From positions 128,001 through 192,000 of the forward strand of contig CAVUWD010000010.1 of NCBI GenBank assembly GCA_963745025.1: DNA of 64,000 bases, written 5' to 3'. Below are positions 48,480 to 59,534 of this stretch, one piece after another (position 1 is the first letter of the stretch; the number at the start of each line of letters is the position of its first letter). Made by a program: the position numbers and the translations under genes. Source of the stretch: an uncultured delta proteobacterium (lineage in GTDB: Bacteria; Desulfobacterota; Binatia; JACPRU01). Under the pieces are notes generated by a model. That model saw only the letters and a program-made list of their open reading frames with translations, was not told where the DNA came from and searched no databases.

Positions 48480-49055
48480 ATGCCGGATCCCATCTCGCGC
48501 TTCGCGAAGTTGTTCGCCGAGGCCAAGCGGCGGCGCGAGCCGCATGCCGACGCCATGGTGGTCGCGACCAGCACACCGAACGGCCGTGCTTCGGCACGCT
48601 TCGTCCTGCTGAAGCAGTTCGATCACCGCGGTTTTCTCTTCTTCACGGACGCACGCAGTCGCAAGGGAGAGGATTTGCGAACGAACGCCTACGCCGCCGC
48701 CGTCTTCTACTGGCACCGAACGGAGAAGCAGGTGCGAATCGCGGGGCGCGTCGAGCGAGCTTCCGACGACGAGATCGATGCCTACTGGGAGGGTCGGCCG
48801 AGAGCGAGCCGGATTTCGGCTCTCGCCTCACGGCAGAGCGCCGAGATCGTCAGCCGGCGCGAGTTGTTGGCCACCGTGCAACGCTTGCGACGTACGCTTC
48901 GCGGGCGGCCGGTGCCGCGGCCAGGGGCATGGGTGGGTTTCCGCATCGTCGCCGACCGTATCGAGATCTGGAACCGGCGCCTGCATCGCTTGCATCACCG
49001 CGAGCTCTTCGTACGCCGAGGAGACCGTTGGGAGCAGCGCCTGCTCCAGCCATGA
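48480..49055 (+). CDS. pdxH: Pyridoxamine 5'-phosphate oxidase
   Basis: SARFVLLK, SRKG, KQVRIAG, ASRQS, VPRP..WVGFR, RLHHR, RLLQP. Confidence 0.92.
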   Translation: MPDPISRFAKLFAEAKRRREPHADAMVVATSTPNGRASARFVLLKQFDHRGFLFFTDARSRKGEDLRTNAYAAAVFYWHRTEKQVRIAGRVERASDDEIDAYWEGRPRASRISALASRQSAEIVSRRELLATVQRLRRTLRGRPVPRPGAWVGFRIVADRIEIWNRRLHRLHHRELFVRRGDRWEQRLLQP

Positions 49056-49123
49056 AGGGAGCGCGCCAACCCGAAGCGAAGTGATCCGGGGGGCGAAACG
49101 GGGCAGGCTCGCGCCTGGCGCGG

Positions 49124-49259
49124 GCCGCGTCACGAGCGCCAGGTCTACCGCGATGCCGTCTTTTGGGGGGAAGGCTTCGAGAAAGAAGCTCGTGTGGCGG
49201 ACAAGCCAAGCGCGGGACCGCCGCGTTCGGGTCACGGAAGAAATTTCCGATCGAGGCTA
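49124..49259. repeat. Dispersed repeat B, copy 2
   Basis: Matches 17357-17492; its terminal CTA is the TAG stop of the adjacent kinase. Confidence 0.85.
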
Positions 49260-51664
49260 ACTGGACAGGCGGTGGAGCGGCAGCTCGACGTGGAAGGCGG
49301 CGCCGCGGGGCTCGCGAGGGCTGAACAGGAGGTCGCCGCCGTGGGCGAGCACGATCTGCTTCGAGACCGCGAGGCCGAGGCCCGACCCCTGCGCCTTGGT
49401 GGTTTCGAACAGGCGAAACAGCTGTACGGAATCGGGGATGCCGCAACCGTCGTCTTCGACGGAGATCCGCAACTTGTCCGGCGGTACGATGCTGGCGACG
49501 ATCTTCACCTCGCCGGGACCCGAGTCGATGGCTTCGATCGCGTTCTTGAGCAGGTTGTCCAGAACGCGGCGAAGCTTCCCTTCGTCCGCCTCGATTTGCT
49601 TTGGCGATTCCGTAGCGTCGAGCTTGAGAGCGATCTGATGCGCGCTCGCCACCGGTTGCCAAACATTGAGCACCTCTCGAAGAAAGCGCGGGAGCTCGAT
49701 CTGCTGAAGATCGAGACGCTGCTCGCGGGCGAAGCTCAGGAACTCGCGAATCAGCCCCTCCAGCCGACGCACTTCGGAGACCAGCTGCTCGACCGGCTTG
49801 ATCACGTTGCCGAGGGGTTGGGTCGGATCGCGACGCGCCCGCTGCAAGACCAATTGCGCTTGCATCGATAGACCCGAGAGCGGGTTTCCGAGGTCGTGCG
49901 CGATCTTGGCGGTGATCGCTCCGATGTCGGCGAGGCGGGCGCGCTCCTGGGCGAGCTTTTGCAGCTCGAGAAGCTGCGCCTCGGCCTGCCTTCGCTCGGT
50001 GACATCGATGCCCATGCTGGCGAGGAAACGCTGCCCGGCGGCATCGGTGATGGGGAACTTGAATGACAGCCACTCGCGCATCCCCTTGTCGGGCGTCGGC
50101 GCCTGCTCGAGCACCTCGATCGGCTTGTTCGACGTGAGAACCTCGAGGTCGTGGGCGCGGAGCTGCTCGGCGACCTCTAGGGGCCAGAGCTCGAAGTCGT
50201 TCTTGCCATAGACCGCTTCGAGCGACGTGTGGAACACGCGCTCGTAGGGTTTGTTCACGTAGATCATCCGTCCGGATTCGTCCTTCATGAACGCGGTTGC
50301 CGGGCTGTTGTTCATGAACGCCTCGAAGCGGGCCTCGCTGTAACGAACCGCATCTTCGGAGCGCTTGCGCTCGACGAAGTCGCCGATCTGCCGCCCTAGC
50401 CCCTCGAGCACGCGCACCAGGTCCCCCCCGACCTCGCGGAGACTGCGGTCGAAAAAGCAGATCACCCCGGCGACATCCCCCCCGATGAAGATCGGGGACG
50501 CGAAGGCCGCGCACAGCTCGAGATTACGGAGCAGGGCCGCGCGCACGAGCTCGTTCGCCTTACGGAGATCGGAGATCAGGACCGCATCTCCGCTCGCCCA
50601 TACCATTCCGGGAAGCCCCTCGCCGCGCGCAAGAGACATCGTCTCGCTGACCGATACGTATTCCGCGGCGTCGAGCGCCGGGACGTACCAAAGCCCGTCG
50701 AGGCGGAGCGTCTGCGTCTCGCTATCGACGTACCAGAGCTCGCCGAGATCCCACCCCGCCGCCATGCAGATCGCTTCCAGGAGCCGCGGAGTCGCGCCGG
50801 TGAGCGAGTCGGCCTCGGCGAGCACGCGAGTCACGGCGTACTGCGCGGCGAGATGACGCTCGGCGCTGCGCCGCTCGGTGATGTCCTGGCCGATCGACAG
50901 GACGCCGGACACGCTTCCCTTGGCGTCGCGCAGGACACGGGTATGCCACTCGATCTCGCGGCTCGAGCCCCCCCGCGGGTCAGGAGCGAGCCGAAGTAGG
51001 CCTTGGCTTCCCCGTCGCAGAGCGTTTGGATGAAGACCTCCCGCGCCCGTTGTCGCTCCGGCGCCGGCAAGAACGTGGAAAACCAGTTCTTGCCCTTGGT
51101 CTCGGCCAGCGGCAAGCCCGAAATCTTCTCCATGTATGGGTTGTAGAGCACGATCCGCCCCTCGAGATCGCGCACGAGCACGATCGCCTCTGCCGCCTCA
51201 ACCAGCCGTTCGGCGAAATCGCGTTCACGGCGCAGCGCTTCCTCCATCCGCTTTCGCTCGGTGGCGTCGCGAATGATAGCCGTGAAGAGTACTTCGTCGC
51301 CGACCTGCGCTTCGGAAACGGACACCTCGATCGGGAAGACCTCGCCGTTCTTGCGCCGCGCCTCGACGTAGCGAATGCGCCCGATCACCTTGGTGACGTG
51401 GGTCTTGTGATAATTCTGGAGGTATTGATCGTGCTCCTCGTGATACGGAGGCGGCATCAGCATGCGAATGTTCTCGCCGAGCACTTCCGACGCTGAATAC
51501 CCGAAGATCTCTTCGGCGGCACGGTTGAAGAGTGTGACGATGCCGTCGCGGTCGATGCTGACGATCGCGTCGCGAGCGGTGTCGAGCACCGCCGCCCAGC
51601 GCGCTTGATCGAGTTGACGCAAGGAGAGCGCGTTCCTCGCGCGTTTCGATACGCTTTGGCTCAC
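49257..51664 (-). CDS. Multi-PAS/GAF sensor histidine kinase with FixL-like heme-PAS; frameshift at ~50960
   Basis: NIRMLMPPPYHEEHDQYL..VIGRIRYVEARRKNGEVFPIEVSVSE; GAF (GEGLPG); AHDLGNPL; NLLKNA, DDGCGI, GSGLGL; start approximate. Confidence 0.85.
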
Positions 51665-51892
51665 GGACTTCGGCAGGCCTTCGGGAAAGGAGCTAGCGGA
51701 GCATCGCAGAGGTCGCAAGGGGGCCGCGTTTTCCTGTGTAGCTCCCGCCTTTCCGATGCGCGCCCGGGGCTCCAGCGCGAGGCGAGACGGTGCACGCGGC
51801 GCTCGTGCCGACCGAACCCGCTCCATCGCGCCCTCGGGACGTTCGAGGATCGAGCGGTCGCGCAACGAATCGGCAAGCTCCGAGGCGAACGC

Positions 51893-52432
51893 TCAGCGCG
51901 TTTTCACCGACGGCACCGTCTCTGTGCGGAGGAGGCCATGACTTTCGACGTCATAGCCTGCTCGGGCGAGTGCCCGGCGGGCGGCGTCGATCGTCTGGGC
52001 GCCCTCTCGTAGCGGAGCAACGGGCAGATCGGGGGCCGAACGAAGCCGCGCGAGGAGCACCGCCCGGGCCTCTTCGCCCAGTTGCTCGGAGGCCTCGTAG
52101 AGGCCTCCGGGGCCCCCTTCGAGTCGATCGTGGTCGGCCAAGACGGCACGGAGCGCACGCACGATCCCGGCTGAAGGTGTAGAAGCGAGCAGCGCAGCCA
52201 GCGCGTCGTAGCGGCGCCGAAGCCTAGCCACGGTTTCCGTGGAAACTCGATGAGCGCGCTCGAGCGCAGGGAGCAGTATCTTCTCCTCCATGCCGATATG
52301 TTTGAGAAGTCCTGCACGAAAGGAATGGTAGGCCGAAATGTCCATTTCACCCGAATCGCAGGTGACGCGCGCGAGCAAACCGACGAGCCGGCCATGATCT
52401 GCGATGAGAAACTCGAACAGCGGTCCGAACAC
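51893..52432 (-). CDS. Hemerythrin/HHE-domain protein (partly degenerate ligands)
   Basis: FLIADHGRL, LLKHIGMEEKILLP, LADHDRLEG. Confidence 0.7.
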   Translation of the reverse strand: MFGPLFEFLIADHGRLVGLLARVTCDSGEMDISAYHSFRAGLLKHIGMEEKILLPALERAHRVSTETVARLRRRYDALAALLASTPSAGIVRALRAVLADHDRLEGGPGGLYEASEQLGEEARAVLLARLRSAPDLPVAPLREGAQTIDAARRALARAGYDVESHGLLRTETVPSVKTR

Positions 52433-52654
52433 TTGCCAAGAGACCTCTGGCCTGGACCAACGCAAAAATCCTGCCAGTCGGCATGCCGAAAACCCGTCGC
52501 TTCTCGCTCCGACAAAATTCTCCGAGCCAGCCATCCTCTCAGGTCTGAGAAACTTATGCCTCTTGCGTCTCAGTTTCGGCTTTGAGACCAAGAAAGCAGC
52601 GCATTCGCAATGCTCGGGCGATTTGCCAGGATGTCTGCGTAGGTCGTGGCGCCG

Positions 52655-54349
52655 ATGGTGAACCACCGCACAATAGTCGCGTACTTCTCGATGGAAGTCG
52701 GCATCGATCCCGCGATGCCAACATATGCCGGCGGTCTTGGCGTACTCGCCGCCGATACCATCCGGTCTGCCGCCGATCAGGAAGTGCCGATGGTCGCTGT
52801 CACCCTCCTCCATCGCAAAGGCTACTTTCGTCAGAAGCTCGCTGCCGACGGTTGGCAAAATGAGGAGCCGGAGCAGTGGGTGGTCACCGATTACCTCACC
52901 GAGCTCCCCGAGAGGGCTACGGTGACGATCGGAGGCCGTGAAGTCGCCCTGCGCGCGTGGCAATACCTGGTGACCGGCGTCGGCGGCTATACCGTACCGA
53001 TCTACTTCCTCGACGCCGATCTAGCGGAGAACGCCGAGTCCGACCGTAGGCTGACGGATTCTCTGTACGGAGGAGACGACCGCTACCGCCTCTGCCAGGA
53101 GGTGATCCTCGGAATCGGCGGCGTGCGCATGCTGCGGCAGCTCGGCCACACCGAGCTCGCGCACTTCCACATGAACGAGGGACATTCGAGCCTGCTCGCG
53201 CTCGAGCTTCTCGACGAAGAAGCGAACCGCCAAGGCCGAACCACGATTCGCCACGAGGACGTGGAGGCGGTTCAGCAGAAATGCATTTTCACGACGCACA
53301 CGCCGGTCGAATCCGGCCACGATCAGTTTCCGATGACGCTCGTAGAGCAGGTGCTCGGTCGCCGCGAGATCCACGAGATGGAGGATTTGTTCTGCTGCGA
53401 GGGTCGGCTGAACATGACCTTTCTCGGATTCAACCTGAGCCACTACATCAATGGCGTCGCCAAGAAGCACCGCGAGGTGGCGCAGCGGCTCTTCCAGCGC
53501 TTCAAGATCGACGCGATCACCAATGGAGTCCATGTCGCGACCTGGGTCGCGCCCGCGATCGCCGAGCTCTTCGATCGGCACATCCCCGATTGGCGGGCCG
53601 ACAATTACAGCCTTCGCTATTCGGTCTCGCTGCCGCGCGAGGAGGTGTTGCGGGCCCACGCGGCGGCGAAGCTCGAGCTCGTCGATTGGCTGAATCGCGA
53701 GCACGGAGCAGGCTTCGACCCCGAAGTCTTCACGATCGGCTTTGCCCGCAGAGCCACCGGCTACAAGCGAGCCGACCTGCTGTTCGCCGACGTCGAGCGG
53801 CTCAAGTCGATCGTACGCGACAACGGCCCCCTACAGGTCGTCTTCGCCGGCAAGGCGCATCCGCGAGACTCGAGCGGGAAGGAAGCCATCAAGCGCATCT
53901 TCGCCGCCCGAAAGCGGCTGGCTCAAGAGATCCCGATCGTCTACGTCGAAAACTACGATCTCGCGATCGCCAAGCGCCTGGTCGCCGGCGTCGACCTCTG
54001 GCTCAACACCCCCGAACCGCCGCTCGAGGCTTCCGGAACGAGCGGCATGAAGGCGGCCGTCAATGCCGTGCCGAGCCTGAGCGTCCTCGATGGCTGGTGG
54101 ATCGAGGGACACCTCGAAGGGGTCACGGGGTGGGCGATCGGCGAAGCGCGCGACACCTCCGATGGCGATAGTTGGTCGAAGGACGCCGCCTCGCTCTATG
54201 ACAAGCTCGGGGGCGTGATCCTCCCCATGTTCTACGGCGAGCGCGATTCGTTCACCAACGTCATGATCCGTTCGATCGCGTTAAACGGATCGTTCTTCAA
54301 TACGCAAAGGATGATTCAGCAGTACGTCGTCAAGGCGTACTTCGAGTAG
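52655..54349 (+). CDS. glgP: Alpha-glucan phosphorylase
   Basis: [51 protein letters not shown]. Confidence 0.95.
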   Translation: MVNHRTIVAYFSMEVGIDPAMPTYAGGLGVLAADTIRSAADQEVPMVAVTLLHRKGYFRQKLAADGWQNEEPEQWVVTDYLTELPERATVTIGGREVALRAWQYLVTGVGGYTVPIYFLDADLAENAESDRRLTDSLYGGDDRYRLCQEVILGIGGVRMLRQLGHTELAHFHMNEGHSSLLALELLDEEANRQGRTTIRHEDVEAVQQKCIFTTHTPVESGHDQFPMTLVEQVLGRREIHEMEDLFCCEGRLNMTFLGFNLSHYINGVAKKHREVAQRLFQRFKIDAITNGVHVATWVAPAIAELFDRHIPDWRADNYSLRYSVSLPREEVLRAHAAAKLELVDWLNREHGAGFDPEVFTIGFARRATGYKRADLLFADVERLKSIVRDNGPLQVVFAGKAHPRDSSGKEAIKRIFAARKRLAQEIPIVYVENYDLAIAKRLVAGVDLWLNTPEPPLEASGTSGMKAAVNAVPSLSVLDGWWIEGHLEGVTGWAIGEARDTSDGDSWSKDAASLYDKLGGVILPMFYGERDSFTNVMIRSIALNGSFFNTQRMIQQYVVKAYFE

Positions 54350-54354
54350 CGACA

Positions 54355-54976
54355 TCAGGGGCCGACGTCGGGCGGGGCAATCTTCGCGGCCGCGGGCTGG
54401 GGGACCACCCGGTCGCGGCGGTAGATGTCTCGACGAAACTGCACGGCCCCCTGCTCGTCGACCCACGCCGTCCAGTAAACGATCGCGATGTCGGCTGGGT
54501 CCTGCAGACGGATCGTGGCGGTGCCGCCCGTTTTGATCGCGGCGGCGAAGGTCTGGGGCGTCCAGTCGTCCTGCCCGCGGAGCAACCATGACGCGATTTC
54601 GGTCGCCCCGTCCACTCGAATGCAACCGTGACTCAAGGCCCGCACCGGGCGCTCGAAGAGATGCTTCCTCGGAGTGTCGTGTAGAAACACGCGATACGGA
54701 TTGTCGAACACGAACTTCAGCTGCCCGAGCGGGTTCGTCGCCCCCGGCGGTTGCCAGAAGCGCAAGCGTGCGGCCCGTGGGCTCCACCAATCGACTTTCT
54801 GCGGGTCGATCGGGCGCGCGGCGGCGTCCCGCCCGTCGAAAACGATGATGCCTTCGCGGTCGAGACGCGAGGTCGTGATCGCGCGGCTGCGGCTCGGCAG
54901 CGATGGCTGAGCGGACGGTGAGTGAAAGCGCGACGACGAGCAACGCTTGCGTCCGTGGCGAGTTGCTCAACGACAT
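54355..54976 (-). pseudogene. Internally deleted YcbB-like L,D-transpeptidase
   Basis: QPPGATNPLGQLKF..FLHDTP..RALSHGCIRV..DIY catalytic end, preceded only by an out-of-frame signal peptide. Confidence 0.7.
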
Positions 54977-55278
54977 CGCTCGGCCGAAGGCGCCACGAGC
55001 AGGGATCGACGGAGTTGGATGCGCTCGGAGGCGCCCCGGAGCCTCAGCTTCGTTCGTGCGTTTGGCAAGTGACATCGTTCGAGCCCGAGCCTATGGCAAG
55101 CCCTACAGAGCAAGCGACAGGCGAATGTCCTCGAACGCAAGAAACAGGAATCTCGAATCTGCTTTCATGGGAACCGCACCAGGCCCGCTGCGAAGGCGTT
55201 GGTAGCACCTTTCGCCCAAGGCGCCATTCTCGGCTGCGAGAATGAGCTCGGGGAACGGTTCCCGGGAATGGTAAGCCG

Positions 55279-55686
55279 CTACTTTTCCTGGATCGTTTCC
55301 AGGTAAGCGGCAAGGGCGCTGATCTCGGCGCGGGCCCCGCCCGATCCATCCTTCCAGCGGAAGAGCCGTCCCCACACCGGCATTCGGCGGGATCCATGAG
55401 AGGCCACCATGGTTTCCCCATCGATGAAATCGATCACCCAACGCGTCTGGAACTCGCCGCCGTGCCTCTTCTGGATCAGCGTCAGGTCCGGCGGCGCCGT
55501 CTTCAGAGATGCCGCTGCCGGACCTCCACCTCTCGCGTCGACGCCGTGGCAGGTCGCGCAGTATGTTTCGAAGACTTCCTTGCCCCACGCCGTCGGTATC
55601 TTCCGCGTCTCGTACATCTCCATGGTGCCACTCGCGCCGAGCGCAATCATGGACAGAGTCGCTAACCATGGAAAAGCGATGCGCAT
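55279..55686 (-). CDS. Monoheme cytochrome c
   Basis: Signal peptide, CATCH, PPDLT, HGSRRMPVWG. Confidence 0.9.
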   Translation of the reverse strand: MRIAFPWLATLSMIALGASGTMEMYETRKIPTAWGKEVFETYCATCHGVDARGGGPAAASLKTAPPDLTLIQKRHGGEFQTRWVIDFIDGETMVASHGSRRMPVWGRLFRWKDGSGGARAEISALAAYLETIQEK

Positions 55687-55701
55687 AGCGCAGGGCGTCC
55701 T

Positions 55702-56181
55702 CTAGGTTTCTCGAACGAGCTCAACAGGCGCTGATGGCCGTGTGAGTATTCGGATCTCTTCGACGAGCCTCGTGCAGGCATCGAGCAGATTGCTGCGTGT
55801 GAGAATGCCAACGACCTTCCCTTTTTCGACGATCGGCACAGCTCCGATGCGCTCGCGGCGGATCAGTTGAGCCGCATGGTCGATCGTGCCATCCGGCGGA
55901 AGCGTCAGAACGTTTCGCGTCATCACTTCCTCGACGGGGATCTCCCCCGCGCTGGCCGAGGGTCGGCGGCGGCTTCTCCTGCGGCGTCCCAAGATGTTTA
56001 GAACAGATGGAAACGCGTCACGCAGGTCGCGGTCGGTGATGATGCCGACGAGTCGGCCTCGAACGACGACGGGGAGCTGGTTAATCCGCTGCTTCTCCAT
56101 GAGCTCGCGAGCATGAAGGATCGTGTCACGCGGCTTGATGCTCACGATCGGGCTGGTCATCCATTCTCGGACTCGAATCAT
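55702..56181 (-). CDS. CBS-domain protein (AcuB-like)
   Basis: VREWMT, LPVV..LVGIITDRD, VEEVMT, VPIV..VGILT. Confidence 0.92.
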   Translation of the reverse strand: MIRVREWMTSPIVSIKPRDTILHARELMEKQRINQLPVVVRGRLVGIITDRDLRDAFPSVLNILGRRRRSRRRPSASAGEIPVEEVMTRNVLTLPPDGTIDHAAQLIRRERIGAVPIVEKGKVVGILTRSNLLDACTRLVEEIRILTRPSAPVELVRET

Positions 56182-56303
56182 GTGGCTTGGTCTCCTCTTT
56201 GATTGCTGACAGCAATTCGCTTGCCACCCCTAGAACTCGACTTTCCCGTCGGTGCGCTCGTGCTAGTATTGCGATACGCGCTGCCGATCGAGGGCGCGTT
56301 CGT

Positions 56304-57353
56304 ATGTCTTTCCGTAGTCTGCGTCTGCGACGTGTCGGTAACGACGGTTTTCTGGTGGCTCGGTCTGAAGGAAAGCTGCATCTCAACCGCTCGGCCGAGG
56401 CCGCATCGCCATGGCGACTGCGGCGTCGGAAGCTTCGGCGACCGCGGCGCACGACCGGCAAGGAGCGCCGCTGGCTGAACCCTTACTGGGGGCCGTTCAA
56501 GTGGACGGAGCGGAACGTGGACCGCTTCGCTGCGCGGCACATCTATCCCCACCTGCTCGGCATCTGGCACACTTACTGTTGGCTGCTCGAGCGACGTTTC
56601 GAGGTGGCCGAGGCGACGATCGAGCCGCCCCTTTGGCCAAGCGATGCGGCGGATCTCCGGGTCCTGCTGCTGAGCGACATTCATGCTGGCGCCTTCCTCA
56701 AGCCGGAGGTGTTGGGCTCGCTTCTTGGCACGCTCATGGACCTGAATCCCGACGTCGTCGCCGTCGCCGGTGACATCGTCGAGGGCAAGACCGAGGATCT
56801 CGACGGTTTCCTGCCCGCGCTCTCACTACTCGCCCGAGCTCCCCTCGGTGCGTGGTACTGTCATGGGAACCACGATTACTACACATTCGCGCCCGAGCGC
56901 ATCCGCGCAGAGCTCGGCTCGATCGGCATCCGCACGCTCCGCAACGAATCGGTCATCCTCGGCCACCGCGGAGCGTGCGTGGTGGTCGGCGGCATCGACG
57001 ACCGCATCCTCGGCGGTCCCGATTGGGAGCAGCTCGTCGCGGTGAACGGCCCGCCCCATCTTCTGCTCGCGCACAACCCCGACGACTTCTACGAGGCCGA
57101 GCGGCGCCGGGTGGCGCTGGTGCTTTCCGGGCACACGCACGGCGGGCAGATCCGCTTCCCGAAGGGGCCGCCGCTCATCCGCCAGAGCAAGTTCTGTCTG
57201 GACGAGGGCCTCTACGTGCACGGAGAGACTCTGCTCGCGGTCTCGCGGGGCGTCGGCGCGGTGGGGCTGCCGTGGCGCGCCGGGGCCCATCCGGAAGCGA
57301 TGCTCCTCTGTGTCCGTGCGCCGCGCCGCTCAGGTGGCGCGCCCCAGCGGTAG
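56304..57353 (+). CDS. Metallophosphoesterase (YkuE/YaeI-like)
   Basis: SDIH, GDIVE, GNHDY, LAHNPD, SGHTHGGQ, VSRGVG. Confidence 0.9.
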   Translation: MSFRSLRLRRVGNDGFLVARSEGKLHLNRSAEAASPWRLRRRKLRRPRRTTGKERRWLNPYWGPFKWTERNVDRFAARHIYPHLLGIWHTYCWLLERRFEVAEATIEPPLWPSDAADLRVLLLSDIHAGAFLKPEVLGSLLGTLMDLNPDVVAVAGDIVEGKTEDLDGFLPALSLLARAPLGAWYCHGNHDYYTFAPERIRAELGSIGIRTLRNESVILGHRGACVVVGGIDDRILGGPDWEQLVAVNGPPHLLLAHNPDDFYEAERRRVALVLSGHTHGGQIRFPKGPPLIRQSKFCLDEGLYVHGETLLAVSRGVGAVGLPWRAGAHPEAMLLCVRAPRRSGGAPQR

Positions 57354-57358
57354 GCCCG

Positions 57359-57532
57359 ATGCCTTGGACGGAGCTCCGCTACCCGCCCGCCATGGAGCAT
57401 TTGCCCGCGGGTGTGCGCGAGAAGGCGATCGAGATCGCCAACGCTCTGCTGGAAGAAGGTCGGGAGGAGGGCGCCGCGATCCGCATCGCAATCGCGAAGG
57501 CGAAGGAGTGGGCCGCGCGCCGCGATCTGTAG
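57359..57532 (+). CDS. Small YdaT/DUF2188-like stress protein
   Basis: MPWT..YPPAM..LP..VREKAIEIANALLEEG..EG.AIRIAI.KAKEW. Confidence 0.8.
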   Translation: MPWTELRYPPAMEHLPAGVREKAIEIANALLEEGREEGAAIRIAIAKAKEWAARRDL

Positions 57533-57543
57533 CTTGGGCGAGC

Positions 57544-58273
57544 CTAGACGGTCTCGAGGCCGCCCGTGCTTCTGAGCGGGGCGGCGCAGATCGGCAGCGA
57601 AGCGGGCCTCTCGAGCCATCTCGCGGCACTTCGTCGTCCGACACCGGCCGGAAGTCGGTCGCGAAGCCGCCGATCGTCAAAAGAGGGCCGGCGTGGTGCA
57701 TTGTCGACCGAGCTCTCGACCAGCTCCTCGAGCAGTCTCACGGTCTCGAGCCGCAGAACCACGGGGACGGCGAGCACGAGGCGCTCGATCGGCTGGCGGC
57801 GCAAGGCGCCGATCGCGGCGACCACGGTGGCGGCCGTGGCTGACGCCGTCGTCGACGAGGATGGCCGTCGCGCCGGCTGGAAGCTCGAGCGGCTCGCCGT
57901 CGCGGAAGAGCTGCTGGCGGTCGCGCGATGCTCCACCCGCTGCTCCGCCGTCTCGCGCGACACGTGCGCGCGCCAGGCTTCGCTCCTCTCGGCGGTCGCC
58001 GGATGTCAGATAGGGCTCGCCGCCCTCAGCAACGGCGCCGATGGCGAAATCGGGATTCTGCGAGGCGCGCAGCTTGCGGGAGATGATGACGTCGAGCGGA
58101 GAGCTCGAGCTCACGGGCGATCTCCGCCGCCGGCACGACGCCGCCGCGTGGCAGGCCGAGCACGGACCGCGCGCTGCGCCTGCCGATAGCGCTGCGAGCC
58201 GCCTCGAGAGCAGCGCAGCCCCCCTCGCGACGGTCGCGGAACCGGCTGGGAAGGCATCGCGGTCGGGGTCCAT
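57544..58273 (-). pseudogene. Degraded phosphoribosyltransferase
   Basis: FRDRREGG, VLGLPRGG, LDVIISRKL..AIGAVAE, ILVDDG and VLAVPV pieces in several frames. Confidence 0.7.
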
Positions 58274-58621
58274 GGGCGATCGCACGGAAGCTCAAGGATG
58301 CAAGCCACGAGCCATCGAGTGTCTGCTGTGGCAGGGCAGCGCGATCGGCTCGAGGCGGGTATCGCAGGTCTCGAAAATGCAAAGCTCGGCGACCACGCGT
58401 TCCCAAGGGTAGGAATGGCCGCGGCGGCGCCAGGCCTGGGTCCGCGAGGAACTCGACGCGGCGGTCGGCCAGAAACACGGAAATCCAGGTTCCCTCGTTC
58501 TCCTCCGTGTCCGGGACCCGCAGGCGCCAGGGGAAGATCGGCCCCGACGGTCTTCTCTCCGCACTCCTTCTTTGGCAAAAGAAGCTTGCCTTCGCATAGA
58601 GTAAAGAAGGGGCGGGTAGGA

Positions 58622-59116
58622 ATGCGTATCCGGCGAATTCTCGTACCGATAGATTTTTCCGCCGGCTCCGACTACGCGTTGAAGTACGCGGCGGTTCTCG
58701 CTCGCGAGTTTGGAGCCCGGATCATCGTCTTCCACGCTCTCGAGCCGCTCATCCTTGGCGATATCTATGGATCCCCGGGATCCCCGGAGATCGCCGGCCT
58801 GAACGAAGAGTTGAGGCGTTCTGCGAGCCGCCGCGTTACGCTCCTCGTCGCCCGGCTCAGAAAACGGGGACTGCGCAGTCAGGGCGTGATCGAGCACGGC
58901 TCGGCCGCACACGCGATCTTGGAGCAAGCGGCGAAGTCGGCCGATCTCGTCGTGATGGGGACCCACGGTCGAAGCGGATTCTCGCGCCTGCTGATGGGAA
59001 GCGTCGCGGAGAAGGTCGTGCGCGGCGCGCGCCATCCTGTGCTGACGGTCCGCGAGCCCCGACGACCGGCGAGACGGCCCGCGCGAGCGCGATCCCGCCG
59101 CGGAGCGAAAGATTGA
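58622..59116 (+). CDS. Universal stress protein
   Basis: RRILVPIDFS, DLVVMGTHGRSG..LMGSVAEKVVR..PVLTV. Confidence 0.93.
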   Translation: MRIRRILVPIDFSAGSDYALKYAAVLAREFGARIIVFHALEPLILGDIYGSPGSPEIAGLNEELRRSASRRVTLLVARLRKRGLRSQGVIEHGSAAHAILEQAAKSADLVVMGTHGRSGFSRLLMGSVAEKVVRGARHPVLTVREPRRPARRPARARSRRGAKD

Positions 59117-59523
59117 AGTTTCGCCGAATCCTCGTGCCGCTCGCGCTCGACGCGGGCGAAGCCCCTGTGTTGGCCTTCGCCACGAAGCTCGCGAGCGTGG
59201 ACGGCGGAACGATCTTCCTGCTCCACATCCTAGCCGAGAGCGAGAAGCAGCCCGCGGCGCCGCGCACACAAGAGCTCGCACGGACGGCGCTCGAGGAGAT
59301 GGCGCGCGTGAACCTCGATCGCGAAGTTCCCCGAGAGATCTTGTTCGGGACCGGCGATGTGCCCTCCGTGATCATCGATTTCGAACGGGTGATCCCCGCC
59401 GACCTCGTCGTGATGAGGACGCACGCTCGAGTGGCGCTGCTACGGAAGGCGCTCGGCTCGGTCACCGAACGTGTCGTTCGCGAGTCGCTGTGTCCGGTGC
59501 TCGTTGTTCCGCAGGCGATCTGA
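59113..59523 (+). CDS. Universal stress protein
   Basis: RRILVP, DLVVMRTH..LGSVTERVVRESLCPVLVV; TTG start overlapping upstream stop. Confidence 0.88.
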   Translation: MKFRRILVPLALDAGEAPVLAFATKLASVDGGTIFLLHILAESEKQPAAPRTQELARTALEEMARVNLDREVPREILFGTGDVPSVIIDFERVIPADLVVMRTHARVALLRKALGSVTERVVRESLCPVLVVPQAI

Positions 59524-59534
59524 GAGAGCCGGAG

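Noticed and set aside
55690-58620. FNR/FixK boxes upstream of the CBS and USP genes
   Set aside because: No clear TTGAT-N4-ATCAA found by eye
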